A stretch of 35,482 nucleotides of DNA from NCBI GenBank assembly GCA_041184705.1, contig JBEGJG010000021.1:1-35482 (forward strand), written 5' to 3'. Position numbers and translations under genes: made by a program. This DNA comes from Candidatus Eiseniibacteriota bacterium (GTDB lineage: Bacteria; Eisenbacteria; RBG-16-71-46). Of this stretch, positions 19,149-29,838 are shown one piece after another. The notes under the pieces were generated by a model. That model ran no database searches. It worked only from the letters and a program-made list of their open reading frames with translations, and was not told where the DNA came from. The first letter of the stretch is position 1. Each line of letters begins with the position of its first letter.

Positions 19149-21002
19149 TCAGGGCCTCCGACCGAGCGTGGCGACGAGGTCGAGCTCGTGCCCCGCCCGC
19201 TTCACGGTGATCCGCACGTCCTGCCCGGGGCGCCGGGTGCGCAGGGCGAACGTGTAGTCGTAGATGTTGTCCACGCGCACGCCGTCGAACCGGACGATCG
19301 AGTCGCCGGACTGCAGACCCGCCTTCTGCGCGGGACTGTTGTCGCGCACGCCCGAGAGCAGCACACCGCCCTCGGTCTGCATGTAATCGGGGATGGTGCC
19401 GAGGTACGCGCCGTAGCCGCCGCCGCCCGCGATGCGCCCGGGCGAGGGATCGGCCTTGGCCTTGGTGAACGTCGGGCGCGGGCCGGCGTCGAGCGAGTCG
19501 AGCAGGGCCTCGGCGAAGCGCGACACGCGCACCAGGCCGGCGGCGTGCACCTTGTCCCACGTGTCGCTGGGCTTGTGGTAGTCGGCGTGCGCGCCCGTGA
19601 ACAGCATGAGCACCGGGATGTCGCGCTTGTAGAACGACTGGTGGTCCGACGGCCCGTAACCGTCCTCGCTCAACCGCAGGTCGAATCCCGCGAGCGGCAG
19701 CGCACGGTTGGTGCGCTCGACCAGCCCGGGGAAACCGGGCGAGCTGCCCACCCCCATGACCTGCAGCTTGTCGTCGCGCAGACGGCCCACCATGTCGAGG
19801 TTCACCATGGCGGCCACGGTGGCGAGCGGTCGCGGCGGGGTCTCGGTGAAGCGCGCCGAGCCCACGAGCCCGATCTCCTCGGCGCTGAACGCCACCGCGA
19901 CGAGGTCGTGGCGCGGTCCGCGACCGCGACGGGCGCGCTCGCCCATGCGCTCGGCGACCGTCAGCAACGCCGAGACGCCCGAGGCGTTGTCGTCGCCGCC
20001 CACGTGCGGGGCACGCGAGTCGGGTGCGAGCGACGACGAGCCACCCATGCCGAGGTGGTCGTAGTGCGCCCCGATGACGTGCGTGCGCGTGGTGTCGGCG
20101 CCGCGCAGCAGGCCGACCACGTTGCTCGTGCGGGCACGCGTGCGACGCACGTTCACGGTGAGCGACACGCTGTCGGTGAGCGCGAACGACCGCGGCTGCA
20201 TGAGCGAGTCGAGCGCGGCCTGCGCGCGCGCGAGGTCGGTGCCCATCGGGGCGAGCAGCGCGTCGGCGGCCTCCTGCGAGATCCAGGCCGCGAGCAGCCC
20301 ACTGCTCATGTAGCCCTCGCCGTCGCGGGACGGGGCGCGCACGGGCTCGCCGGCGTGGTAGCGAGGTCCGTTCACGACGAGCAGACCCAGCGCACCGTGC
20401 TCGCGCGCGTTGATGGCCTTGGTGCGCAGGTCGGCGAACGGCGTGTTGAGATCGCCGTCGAACCGGCTGGTGCTGTCCATCTCGCCCGGCTCGTGCGTGA
20501 GCACCAGCACGAGCGCGTCGCGCACGTCGAGCCCGGCGTAGTCATCCCACTGGTAGCCGGGCGCGGTGATGCCGTAGCCCGCGAACACCACGCGCGTGCG
20601 CGCGGTGCCGTTGTTGGAGAACCCGAGCGGCTGCAGCGCATCGCCCAGTTCGAACCGGCGCTCTCCCACCTGAAGCACGCACGGCGCCTCGGCGACCACG
20701 CCGGTGGTGACCTCGAACGACTGGAACCAACCGCCGTCGTCGCCCGCCGGGGCGAAGCCCGCCGCGGCGAGCCGGCCCGCGATCCAATGGGACGCCGAGT
20801 CGATACCGGCGGTCCCGAGTCCACGTCCCTCCCAGCGCGGGTCGGCCAGCGTGCGCACCTTGAGTCGCATGGCGAGCGAGTCGCGGGCGGACACGCGCGC
20901 GCGGGCGGCCGCAGGCGTCCTGCCCGACGCGGGTGCGGCCTGCGAGGCGCAGGGCACCACGACGAGCAGGGCGATCACGAGCAGGACGATGCGCGGAGTC
21001 AT
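19149..21002 (-). CDS. secreted M28-family aminopeptidase with PA domain and C-terminal PDZ domain
   Basis: C-terminal 617 aa of track ORF 19149..21671. Signal peptide MTPRIVLLVIALLVVVPCASQA. M28 zinc ligand motifs (GAHYDHLG, GGDDNASG, SAEEIGLVGS, NLDMVG, GPSDH). PDZ-like tail (GVLLSGVRDNSPAQKAGLQSGDSIVRFDG). ATG 21002 overlaps the coaX stop as ATGA. Confidence 0.8.
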   Translation of the reverse strand: MTPRIVLLVIALLVVVPCASQAAPASGRTPAAARARVSARDSLAMRLKVRTLADPRWEGRGLGTAGIDSASHWIAGRLAAAGFAPAGDDGGWFQSFEVTTGVVAEAPCVLQVGERRFELGDALQPLGFSNNGTARTRVVFAGYGITAPGYQWDDYAGLDVRDALVLVLTHEPGEMDSTSRFDGDLNTPFADLRTKAINAREHGALGLLVVNGPRYHAGEPVRAPSRDGEGYMSSGLLAAWISQEAADALLAPMGTDLARAQAALDSLMQPRSFALTDSVSLTVNVRRTRARTSNVVGLLRGADTTRTHVIGAHYDHLGMGGSSSLAPDSRAPHVGGDDNASGVSALLTVAERMGERARRGRGPRHDLVAVAFSAEEIGLVGSARFTETPPRPLATVAAMVNLDMVGRLRDDKLQVMGVGSSPGFPGLVERTNRALPLAGFDLRLSEDGYGPSDHQSFYKRDIPVLMLFTGAHADYHKPSDTWDKVHAAGLVRVSRFAEALLDSLDAGPRPTFTKAKADPSPGRIAGGGGYGAYLGTIPDYMQTEGGVLLSGVRDNSPAQKAGLQSGDSIVRFDGVRVDNIYDYTFALRTRRPGQDVRITVKRAGHELDLVATLGRRP

Positions 21003-21784
21003 CGCATGGCCTCCCAGTAGAGGTGCAGGCCCTTCAGCGTGAGACCGTCGTCCACCAGGTCCACGGTCTCGCACTCGGGCGCGATGAGACGCGCGAGCCC
21101 ACCGGTGGCCACCACCTTGGCGCGGCCGCCGAGTTCGGAGCGCATGCGGCGCACGAGCGCGTCCACGAGGCCCGCGTAGCCCCACAACACGCCCACGCGC
21201 AGGTTCTCGGCGGTGGTGCGCGCCACGGCGCGTTCGGGCCGACGCAGTTCGACGTTGGACAGTCGCGCGGCGCGACGCACGAGCTCGTCGGACGCGGTGA
21301 CGAGGCCGGGCGAGATCGCCCCGCCCACGAACGCACCCCGGCGCGAGACGCAGTCGAACGTGGTGGCGGTGCCGAGGTCGATCACGATGCACGGCGAGCC
21401 GTGCAGCACCTTGCCGGCGAGCGCGTTGGCGATGCGGTCGGGGCCGACCGAGTCGGGCTCGGTGACCTGCAGCGCGATCGGCGAGGTCGTGGCCTTCACC
21501 TCGACCGGGTCGCGCCCGGTGAGCGCGTGCAGCGCCTCGGTCCACGCGCGCGTCTGCGACGGCACGACCGAGCACAGCACGCTGGGGCAGCCGGCCGCGC
21601 CGGTGCGCAGCATCTGCTCGAGCCGCAGGCGGATCTCGTCGGTGGTGCTGCGTCCGCTCGTGACGCGCCACGACTCCTCGAGCACGCCGCCGACGAAGCG
21701 GCCGACCGAGGTCTCGGTGTTGCCCACATCCACGGTGACGAGCGGCCCGCTGGACGGGGCCGGACGACGACGGGCCGCACTCAC
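20999..21784 (-). CDS. coaX: type III pantothenate kinase
   Basis: C-terminal 261 aa of track ORF 20999..22768. VTVDVGNTET, IVIDLGTATTFD, VVATGGLA. GTG 21784 overlaps the tatC stop as GTGA. Confidence 0.88.
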   Translation of the reverse strand: MSAARRRPAPSSGPLVTVDVGNTETSVGRFVGGVLEESWRVTSGRSTTDEIRLRLEQMLRTGAAGCPSVLCSVVPSQTRAWTEALHALTGRDPVEVKATTSPIALQVTEPDSVGPDRIANALAGKVLHGSPCIVIDLGTATTFDCVSRRGAFVGGAISPGLVTASDELVRRAARLSNVELRRPERAVARTTAENLRVGVLWGYAGLVDALVRRMRSELGGRAKVVATGGLARLIAPECETVDLVDDGLTLKGLHLYWEAMR

Positions 21785-22611
21785 GAGTCGCCCTCCATGC
21801 GGTCGGACCGCTCGCGGCGCCGCGCCACGAGGAACGACAGCCCGACGCTGATGAAGTAGAGCAGCACCATGGGAACGCCCATCACGACCTGCGCGCTCAC
21901 GAGGTCGCCGGGGGTGATGAGCGCCGTGACGATGAAGATGAACACCAGCGCCATGCGCCACTGCCGCAGCAGGAACATGGGCTGCACGAGCCCGATCCCG
22001 GTGAGCAGCATGGCCACGATGGGCATCTGCATGAGGATGCCGCACGCGAGCGCGAGGTTGTAGGTGAACTCGAGCAGGAACGTGAGTCGGATCTGCGAGA
22101 CCACGCCGGCCACGAGGAACGACTCGAGCATGTGCAGGATGAGCGGCACGAGGTAGGCGTACGCCACCCACGCCCCCGCGCCGAACAGCGCCATGGAGCT
22201 GAGCACCAGCATGGGCACCCAGGTGCGCTCGCGCTTGAGCAGCCCCGGCACGACGAAGCTCCAGACCTGCCAGAACACCACCGGCAGCGCGATCGACAGC
22301 CCCAGGATGAACGACAGCTTGAAGCGCTCGTTGAACGCCTCGAACGGCGACAGCACCACGGCCTCCTTGACCGTGCGCATCACCAGGTCCTCGAGCACGA
22401 GCGGGGCGAGCGTCCAGCCGCCGAGCATGCCGATGGCGATGGCGAGCGAGGACTTCCACAGCGCCTTGCGCAGGTCCTCGAGGTGCTGCAGGAACGGCAT
22501 CGCGCCGCCGCCTTCGGCGGCCTCGGACTCGACCTCGGCGTCGTAGGACCCGGCGTCGTCGGGACGCGGTTCCTGCTCCTGCTCCTCGATCGGCAGGTGG
22601 GGATTGTTCAT
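21781..22611 (-). CDS. tatC: twin-arginine translocase subunit TatC
   Basis: Six predicted TM segments; LQHLEDLRKALWKS near the N-terminus. ATG 22611 overlaps the birA stop as ATGA and gives an acidic 37-aa extension. An internal ATG at 22500 (MPFLQHLEDLRK) is the alternative start. Confidence 0.88.
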   Translation of the reverse strand: MNNPHLPIEEQEQEPRPDDAGSYDAEVESEAAEGGGAMPFLQHLEDLRKALWKSSLAIAIGMLGGWTLAPLVLEDLVMRTVKEAVVLSPFEAFNERFKLSFILGLSIALPVVFWQVWSFVVPGLLKRERTWVPMLVLSSMALFGAGAWVAYAYLVPLILHMLESFLVAGVVSQIRLTFLLEFTYNLALACGILMQMPIVAMLLTGIGLVQPMFLLRQWRMALVFIFIVTALITPGDLVSAQVVMGVPMVLLYFISVGLSFLVARRRERSDRMEGDS

Positions 22612-23414
22612 GCGGCGTCGGATCCTTCCGTGGACGGCGACAGGTCGCCTGCGAGCACGATGCGTTCGGGGCCTTCGGCGGTGCGTAGCACGAGTCCGCC
22701 CTCGTCGTCGAGGCGCAGGGCCGTGCCCGAGACCGGACCTGCCGGGGTCCGGACCGTGACCCATTCACCCCAGTGTGCCCCCCAACGGGTCCATTCGGCC
22801 AGTACGCGGGTGCGGTCCCCCTCCTGCAGGGCGTCCCACAGGGGCTCGAACCGGTTGGCGACCTCGGCCGCCGCGTCGGCGAGCGTGGCGGCCGAACCCT
22901 GCAGGGCGAGCGAGGTGGCGGTGGCGCGCAGTTCGGGCGGCAGATCGTCGGCGGTGTGCGCGACGTTGAGCCCGATGCCGATCGCGACCGCGTCGCCGCC
23001 CCCCGGCACGCGCCGCGCCTCGCACAGCACCCCCGCGAGCTTCGCTCCTGTCACGAGCACGTCGTTGGGCCACTTGAGTCGAGCCGAGGTCGCCCCCAGC
23101 GCGTGCACGGCCTGCAGCACCGCGAGCCCGGCCGCGAGCGGCACGAGCCCCAGCGCGCGACGGTCGCAGCCGAGGTGCAGCGCGAACGAGTACGCGAGAC
23201 CGCGCCCGGGCACCTGGTTCCACGACCGACCGGCGCGACCGCGGCCGGCGGTCTGCTCGAGCGCGAGCACCGCGGCCCCGTCGCCCAGCACGCCGAGCGC
23301 CTCCCAGACGTCGTCGTTGGTGGAGCCGGTGCGCTCGCGCACGACGAGCGCGCGCGCGAGCCGCCGGGTGGCGAGCCGGGACTCGAAGCGCGGGCGGTCG
23401 AAGGCGTCAGCCAA
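22608..23414 (-). CDS. birA: biotin--[acetyl-CoA-carboxylase] ligase (no N-terminal HTH)
   Basis: 268 aa. TGSTNDD, EQTAGRGRAGRSW, KWPNDVL. TTG start overlapping nadC by 8 nt. Confidence 0.88.
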   Translation of the reverse strand: MADAFDRPRFESRLATRRLARALVVRERTGSTNDDVWEALGVLGDGAAVLALEQTAGRGRAGRSWNQVPGRGLAYSFALHLGCDRRALGLVPLAAGLAVLQAVHALGATSARLKWPNDVLVTGAKLAGVLCEARRVPGGGDAVAIGIGLNVAHTADDLPPELRATATSLALQGSAATLADAAAEVANRFEPLWDALQEGDRTRVLAEWTRWGAHWGEWVTVRTPAGPVSGTALRLDDEGGLVLRTAEGPERIVLAGDLSPSTEGSDAA

Positions 23415-24297
23415 CTTCCTCGATCTCCAGGCTCAGGTCGAGCGCCGGTGCGGAGTGCGTGATGGCGCCCACCGACAGGTAGTCGGCCCCGGTCTCGGCG
23501 TAGGCGCGAACGGTGTCGAGGTGGATGCCCCCCGAGACCTCGACCTCGGGCCAGCGCCGCGCATCGGCGCGCGCGCGCGGGTGGTCGGGCGGGTGCTGCG
23601 CGTGCCAGCGGTCCACCTCGGCGACCCACGCGCGCACGGTGTCGGGCGTCTGGTTGTCGATGAGGATGCGGTCCACCTCGGGGCGCAGCGCCTCGTGCAA
23701 CTGGTCGAGCGTCTCGACCTCGACCTCGAGCAGCAGGTCGCCGCTGCGTGTGCGCTGGATGCGGTCGATGGCGTTGGTGAGACCGCGCGCCGCACGGATG
23801 TGGTTGTCCTTCACGAGGTACATGTCCCAGAGCGCGAGGCGGTGGTTCATGCCCCCGCCGCACAGGACGGCGTACTTCTCGAGGATGCGCAGCCCCGGCG
23901 TGGTCTTGCGCGTGTCGAGGATGCGCGCCCCGGTGCCCTCGATGGCGTCCACGTAACGTCGGGTCATGGTGGCCACGCCGCACAAGCGCATCATGAAGTT
24001 GAGCGCGGTGCGCTCGGCGATCATGAGACTGGCGGCCGAGCCCGACACGGTGGCGAGCGGCGTGCCCGCCTCGACGCGCGCACCGTCCTTGGCGAGCTTC
24101 TTGAAGCGCACCTCGGGATCCACCTCGCGGAACGTCATGCCCGCGATGTCGAGACCCGAGACGACGCCGGGCGCCTTGGCGAGGAGGGTGGCGCGCGCCC
24201 CGACGTTGGCGGGCACCGCGTTGAGCGTGGTGACGTCGCCCGTGCCCACGTCCTCGGAGAGCGCGAACTTCACCAGCGGCAGGAAACTCTCGTGCAC
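23407..24297 (-). CDS. nadC: nicotinate-nucleotide diphosphorylase (quinolinate phosphoribosyltransferase)
   Basis: C-terminal 296 aa of track ORF 23407..24534. LSEDVGTGDVTT, ILDTRKTTPGLR, LVKDNHI, SVGAITHS. Start put at GTG 24297 (VHESFLPLV). Confidence 0.88.
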   Translation of the reverse strand: MHESFLPLVKFALSEDVGTGDVTTLNAVPANVGARATLLAKAPGVVSGLDIAGMTFREVDPEVRFKKLAKDGARVEAGTPLATVSGSAASLMIAERTALNFMMRLCGVATMTRRYVDAIEGTGARILDTRKTTPGLRILEKYAVLCGGGMNHRLALWDMYLVKDNHIRAARGLTNAIDRIQRTRSGDLLLEVEVETLDQLHEALRPEVDRILIDNQTPDTVRAWVAEVDRWHAQHPPDHPRARADARRWPEVEVSGGIHLDTVRAYAETGADYLSVGAITHSAPALDLSLEIEEVG

Positions 24298-24563
24298 GGT
24301 GTGCGGTCCCCCGGATGACGGCCGACCGGCCCCGACCCACGCGGGGCCCTCAGGAATGCGCCAGCATAGCCCCCGCCGCGGGTCCGCGCACCTGAACTCC
24401 CCGCCCCCGCTGTGTGGTCCCCGCGGAAGCGCAAACCGACCGCGCTGCACGCATTCGGGGGGACCGGCCCCCGCCTTGGAGGACACCCGCCGACCGTGCG
24501 CACCGTGGCCGGGGCCACGCCCCGCGACAGCCATACCCGCTCACGACCCGGGATGGCGCGGGA

Positions 24564-24890
24564 CTAGGCGGAGGGCTTGCCGTACGCGCGTTCGACGCGC
24601 GCGATGCGCAGGCGGTAGTCCGCGTACCACGTGCTGCGCCCGGTCTCCTGCGCGACGCGGTGCTCGGCGTGCGATCGCCACGCGGCGATGGCGTCCTCGC
24701 TCGTCCAGTACGAGACCGTGATCCCGAGCCCGTCGGCCCCGCGCGCGCTCTCGACCCCGAGGAACCCCGGCTGCTCCGCCGCCAGTTCCATCATGCGCTC
24801 GGCCATGCGCGCGTAGCCCTGATCCCCATCCGTGCGAAGCGAGGTGAAGACGACGGCGTAATAAGGGGGCTCTGGGGTGCGGGCGAGCAT
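24564..24890 (-). CDS. antibiotic-biosynthesis-monooxygenase (ABM/Dabb) domain protein
   Basis: About 108 aa. YYAVVFTS ... GFLGVES ... ITVSYWTSEDAIAAWRSHAEH pattern. ATG 24890 preceded by GAGGTGG. High GC, so host-like. Confidence 0.7.
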   Translation of the reverse strand: MLARTPEPPYYAVVFTSLRTDGDQGYARMAERMMELAAEQPGFLGVESARGADGLGITVSYWTSEDAIAAWRSHAEHRVAQETGRSTWYADYRLRIARVERAYGKPSA

Positions 24891-25064
24891 GACTAGCGCC
24901 ACCTCTCTTCGCGAGCACAACAGCCTGCAAGCTCAACAACAGCTAGGGGCACGCACCTGCGGCAATTCATCAGCATGCCAGACACGCGGCAAGCAACTTA
25001 ACTTAGGCCGCATCCACGCGCAATTACAGCCAATCAACCGCACTGCCTCGCGAATACGAAGCAC

Positions 25065-25982
25065 CTAGCGCTTGCGAAGCGATTCAACCAGCAGCTCCCT
25101 ATCAATCAATCCGTCGTACATCTCTCGCCGCACTTCACGACTTTTCATATCCATCCTAATGCGCCGAAGAAATGCACAAAAATCAGGGTTTACACTTGCC
25201 AACTTATTTACGGCCTCCCAGTCAACAACCTCTCTTGCCTTAGCCGGATAAACGATCTCGCTGGAATCAGGGTCGCCTATGTCAATGCGAATGACCCCGA
25301 TGCCAAACGACGCCGACAGGCGATTGAGTTCGCCCCTGAATTCTTCATCCACGTCAATGTCAACGGCCGCAAGATATCCTTCATTAGCCCATGAAGAATT
25401 GGATACGGCCTGAAAGAAGGCCTCTCGCAGATTGCCAATCGACAACTCACGCTTTAGCTCAAAGGAGTAGAGCTTGATGGCGGGATTGCCCATCACTGAA
25501 CTGACCTCAACAACTTCGTCTTCCCAATCATCAAACGGGAAATAGCATCCCACAAGATCCGGGTGCACCCACTCACCAAATCGCTTCTTCTCAGACTTGT
25601 GATGTCGAATCGTCTTTAGGTGTGCCCTAAGGTAGTAGAATCCAAAGTAGACAAGAAACGGATGAATGTCTTTTTCGAGATAACCAGCTACTTTTTCAGT
25701 CGCTGGCGACTGAATGTCCAGAATCCCTTTGTCTTGATCAAGAAGCTCACGCAACACAAACCTCTTTGGGGCTTTCCCTGTTGATACAAAGTCGGACATG
25801 GGATTATCACGAACATCCACATACAGCATCGCACCAAGGGTGGCCCACGGCGTCTTGCCCTTGGTCGCAAGGTCTTTTTCATAGCCCTTAGCTTGGGCCA
25901 TTCCCCAGATTTCGGGAGCAGACAAAGGGCGCTTTTCTTCCTTAAGCACCTTGTGAGCTAACTGCAGAAACATGCTTGGCAT
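25065..25982 (-). CDS. HARE-HTH + PD-(D/E)xK nuclease-fold protein (orphan restriction-endonuclease-like)
   Basis: 305-aa intact ORF. Residues about 5-80 match the HARE-HTH pattern (LAHKVLKEEKRPLSAPEIWGMA ... KTPWATLGAMLYVDVRD ... KRFVLREL). The C-terminal half has the ordered nuclease motifs E103 (YLEKD), P141-D142 (WVHPDLVG), E175-x-K177 (LYSFELK) and Q191 (FFQAVSN). A/T-rich codon usage. Confidence 0.75.
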   Translation of the reverse strand: MPSMFLQLAHKVLKEEKRPLSAPEIWGMAQAKGYEKDLATKGKTPWATLGAMLYVDVRDNPMSDFVSTGKAPKRFVLRELLDQDKGILDIQSPATEKVAGYLEKDIHPFLVYFGFYYLRAHLKTIRHHKSEKKRFGEWVHPDLVGCYFPFDDWEDEVVEVSSVMGNPAIKLYSFELKRELSIGNLREAFFQAVSNSSWANEGYLAAVDIDVDEEFRGELNRLSASFGIGVIRIDIGDPDSSEIVYPAKAREVVDWEAVNKLASVNPDFCAFLRRIRMDMKSREVRREMYDGLIDRELLVESLRKR

Positions 25983-26068
25983 TAGACTTGGCCTCGGGAA
26001 GGTTTAAGGTTACAGGTGACTATATGAAGTTTGACGAGTGAGGCGCACAGACGCAAGCGTATCTTCAT
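25982..26068 (-). CDS. hypothetical 28-aa upstream ORF whose stop overlaps the nuclease start (TAATG)
   Basis: ATG 26068 ... TAA 25984-25982, encoding MKIRLRLCASLVKLHIVTCNLKPSRGQV. No convincing SD, too short for composition tests, and may be spurious. Confidence 0.15.
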   Translation of the reverse strand: MKIRLRLCASLVKLHIVTCNLKPSRGQV

Positions 26069-26288
26069 GATGACGAGTGCCGCTCAGTCGCAAGACGACA
26101 CAAATCTATCTCCGCATGTCATTCACTGATCTTCATGACAGGCCCATAGACCGATGGCGCTATCTTCTTACGAAACACGCCTCTCAGAAGTGTGGGGCTA
26201 AGAGCCAACCCACGCCTGATGCTATGCGCCCCCACCCTTTCCAAACCTCCGCTTGACCTTGCGAGGCTCTCGTCCCGGTGAGACTCGG

Positions 26289-28361
<2,073 letters not shown>

Positions 28362-28427
28362 GGGACCCGAAACTACCACGCCACCCCGCGGGCGCGGGCG
28401 GGCGGATCCCTCCCCCGCTAGACCGAA

Positions 28428-28464
28428 CCGCCCGCCGTCGGGCACGGGGCGGGACGGCGGGCGG
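28428..28464 (-). terminator. stem-loop downstream of the DUF4139-like gene, upstream of uvrB
   Basis: CCGCCCGCCGTC (28428-28439) and GACGGCGGGCGG (28453-28464): a 12-bp perfect inverted repeat with a 13-nt loop. On the minus strand it is followed by TTCGGTCT. Confidence 0.45.
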
Positions 28465-28494
28465 CGGTACGGACTCGACGGTGCGCGCGTGGAC

Positions 28495-29838
28495 CTACCA
28501 GCGCTGGCGTGCCGTGTAGCTCACCACCACCTCGCGCCCGGCGGGCACGACGAGGGTGAACCGCAGCACGTTGGCCTCGTCGCGCGTCACCGGGTGCGAG
28601 GACTTGAGCACCTCGATGTCGCCCCCGGCGGGCTCCTCGATGACGATCGTGGCGTCCACCGTCTTGCGGTTGCGCAGCTTGAACTCCACCCCGTACTCGC
28701 GCTCGCGGTCGCTCACGCGGCGATCCGACACCGACTTGCGCTCGGCGGCCAGGTCGAACGCGTAGCCGAGGTCGAGCGTCATGCGCTCGTCCACGGCGGT
28801 GTGCTTCACGCGCGTCTCGCCGGTGAGCTGCAGGTCGCGGTCGGCGTCGGGCGCGTAGCAGCGCACGCGGCCCGCCGGCACCGGCACGGCGAGCCCGGCC
28901 TTGGCCGAGTTCACCAGCTCCAGCTGCGACCGCACGCCGCTCGGATCCCCACCACGGTAGAGGTAGCGCGGCGTCACGGTGACCGTGCGCGGCTCGATGA
29001 GCGGCAGCGTCTGGCTCTCGCGGTCGCGCAGCGTCACGCTGCCCGGCAGCGTGTAGAGATGGTAGTCCGAGAACGACTGCTGCTCGGGCTCGCCACCCAC
29101 GGCGTCGGCGGCCATGGCCGAGACGCGCATCATCATGGCCTTGGGCATGACGGGAGCGGACTCCTCGCGCGCCACGTCGCCCGCGATCAGCTTGACGGTC
29201 GCGTCCTCGTAGGCGCGCCCGGTGGTGTTCTCCACGCGCACCACGGCCGACCACTGCGCGGTGGTCTCGCCCGTGCGCACCAGCGTGTGCTCGGCCGACC
29301 ACGACAACCCGCCGGTGAGGTACTGCAGGCGCACGTCCCCCGCCCCCTTGCGTGCACCGTCCACCACGGCCTCGATCGCGGGGCGCAGCGACAAGCCCGA
29401 CTCGGGGCGCGCCAGACGCACCTCGTGCGTCGAGGAGCGCGCCAACGTCACGAGCGCGCCGTCGTCGGTGCGCACCACCAGCCACGCGCCGTCGGCCGAC
29501 AGCAACGCGCCCTCGGTGACGCGATCGGTGCCGCTCACCAGCCGCACGCGCTGCCCCACCGAACGCTCCAGCAGGCCGTCGCCGGTCGCCACGTCCCAGC
29601 GGTACGCCAGCCGCGCCAGCCGACCCGAGCCCGGCTCGATCCGCAGCGACGACGCGTCGAGTCGGTTCGAGACGCCCTCGAGTCGCAGCGTGTCGCGCCC
29701 ACCGCGCATCTCCACGCGCCGGGTCTCCTTCACGAGCCCGAGGTCCGAGGTGTACAGCGTGAGCGCGGGCCCGGCCAGGGCCGGGAACGCGACGAGGGCG
29801 GTGGCGAGAACGGCGAGCGTCGGGGTGCGGCGGTTCAT
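28495..29838 (-). CDS. secreted conserved hypothetical protein, DUF4139-like
   Basis: C-terminal 447 aa of track ORF 28495..29967. ATG 29838 with GGAGG at 7-nt spacing. Signal peptide [22 protein letters not shown]. All-beta-looking sequence. The DUF4139 (MuiA-like) assignment is from memory of that family and is unverified. Confidence 0.45.
   Translation of the reverse strand: MNRRTPTLAVLATALVAFPALAGPALTLYTSDLGLVKETRRVEMRGGRDTLRLEGVSNRLDASSLRIEPGSGRLARLAYRWDVATGDGLLERSVGQRVRLVSGTDRVTEGALLSADGAWLVVRTDDGALVTLARSSTHEVRLARPESGLSLRPAIEAVVDGARKGAGDVRLQYLTGGLSWSAEHTLVRTGETTAQWSAVVRVENTTGRAYEDATVKLIAGDVAREESAPVMPKAMMMRVSAMAADAVGGEPEQQSFSDYHLYTLPGSVTLRDRESQTLPLIEPRTVTVTPRYLYRGGDPSGVRSQLELVNSAKAGLAVPVPAGRVRCYAPDADRDLQLTGETRVKHTAVDERMTLDLGYAFDLAAERKSVSDRRVSDREREYGVEFKLRNRKTVDATIVIEEPAGGDIEVLKSSHPVTRDEANVLRFTLVVPAGREVVVSYTARQRW

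Larger units (their letters stand above)
24905..26221. other. low-GC compositional island (single-gene cargo, no mobility genes)
   Basis: Hand-counted GC of 60-nt lines: 25141-25200 = 25/60, 25621-25680 = 24/60, 25201-25260 = 29/60, 26161-26220 = 31/60. Flanking line 24601-24660 = 45/60. Boundaries are approximate. Confidence 0.8.

Noticed and set aside
24298-24563. 266-nt GC-rich gap upstream of nadC, considered as an NAD-type riboswitch, sRNA or small gene (ORFs 24350..24544 and 24270..24518)
   Set aside because: I could recognise no consensus element. The small ORFs are Arg/Gly-rich with no SD or homology cues. Only a short palindrome (GTGGCCCCGGCCAC) stands out. The evidence is insufficient.
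24877-25068. 63-aa plus-strand ORF at the left island edge, and the 64-aa ORF 25688..25882 inside the nuclease gene
   Set aside because: The first overlaps the ABM gene start antisense and has Gln/Ser/Arg-rich composition. The second is an alternative frame of the well-supported 305-aa nuclease ORF. Neither has an SD or domain features.
28362-28494. LexA/SOS box upstream of uvrB
   Set aside because: None of the box types I know appears between the hairpin and the start codon. I checked CTGT-N8-ACAG, GAAC-N4-GTTC and GTTC-N7-GTTC. The operator consensus of this lineage is unknown to me.
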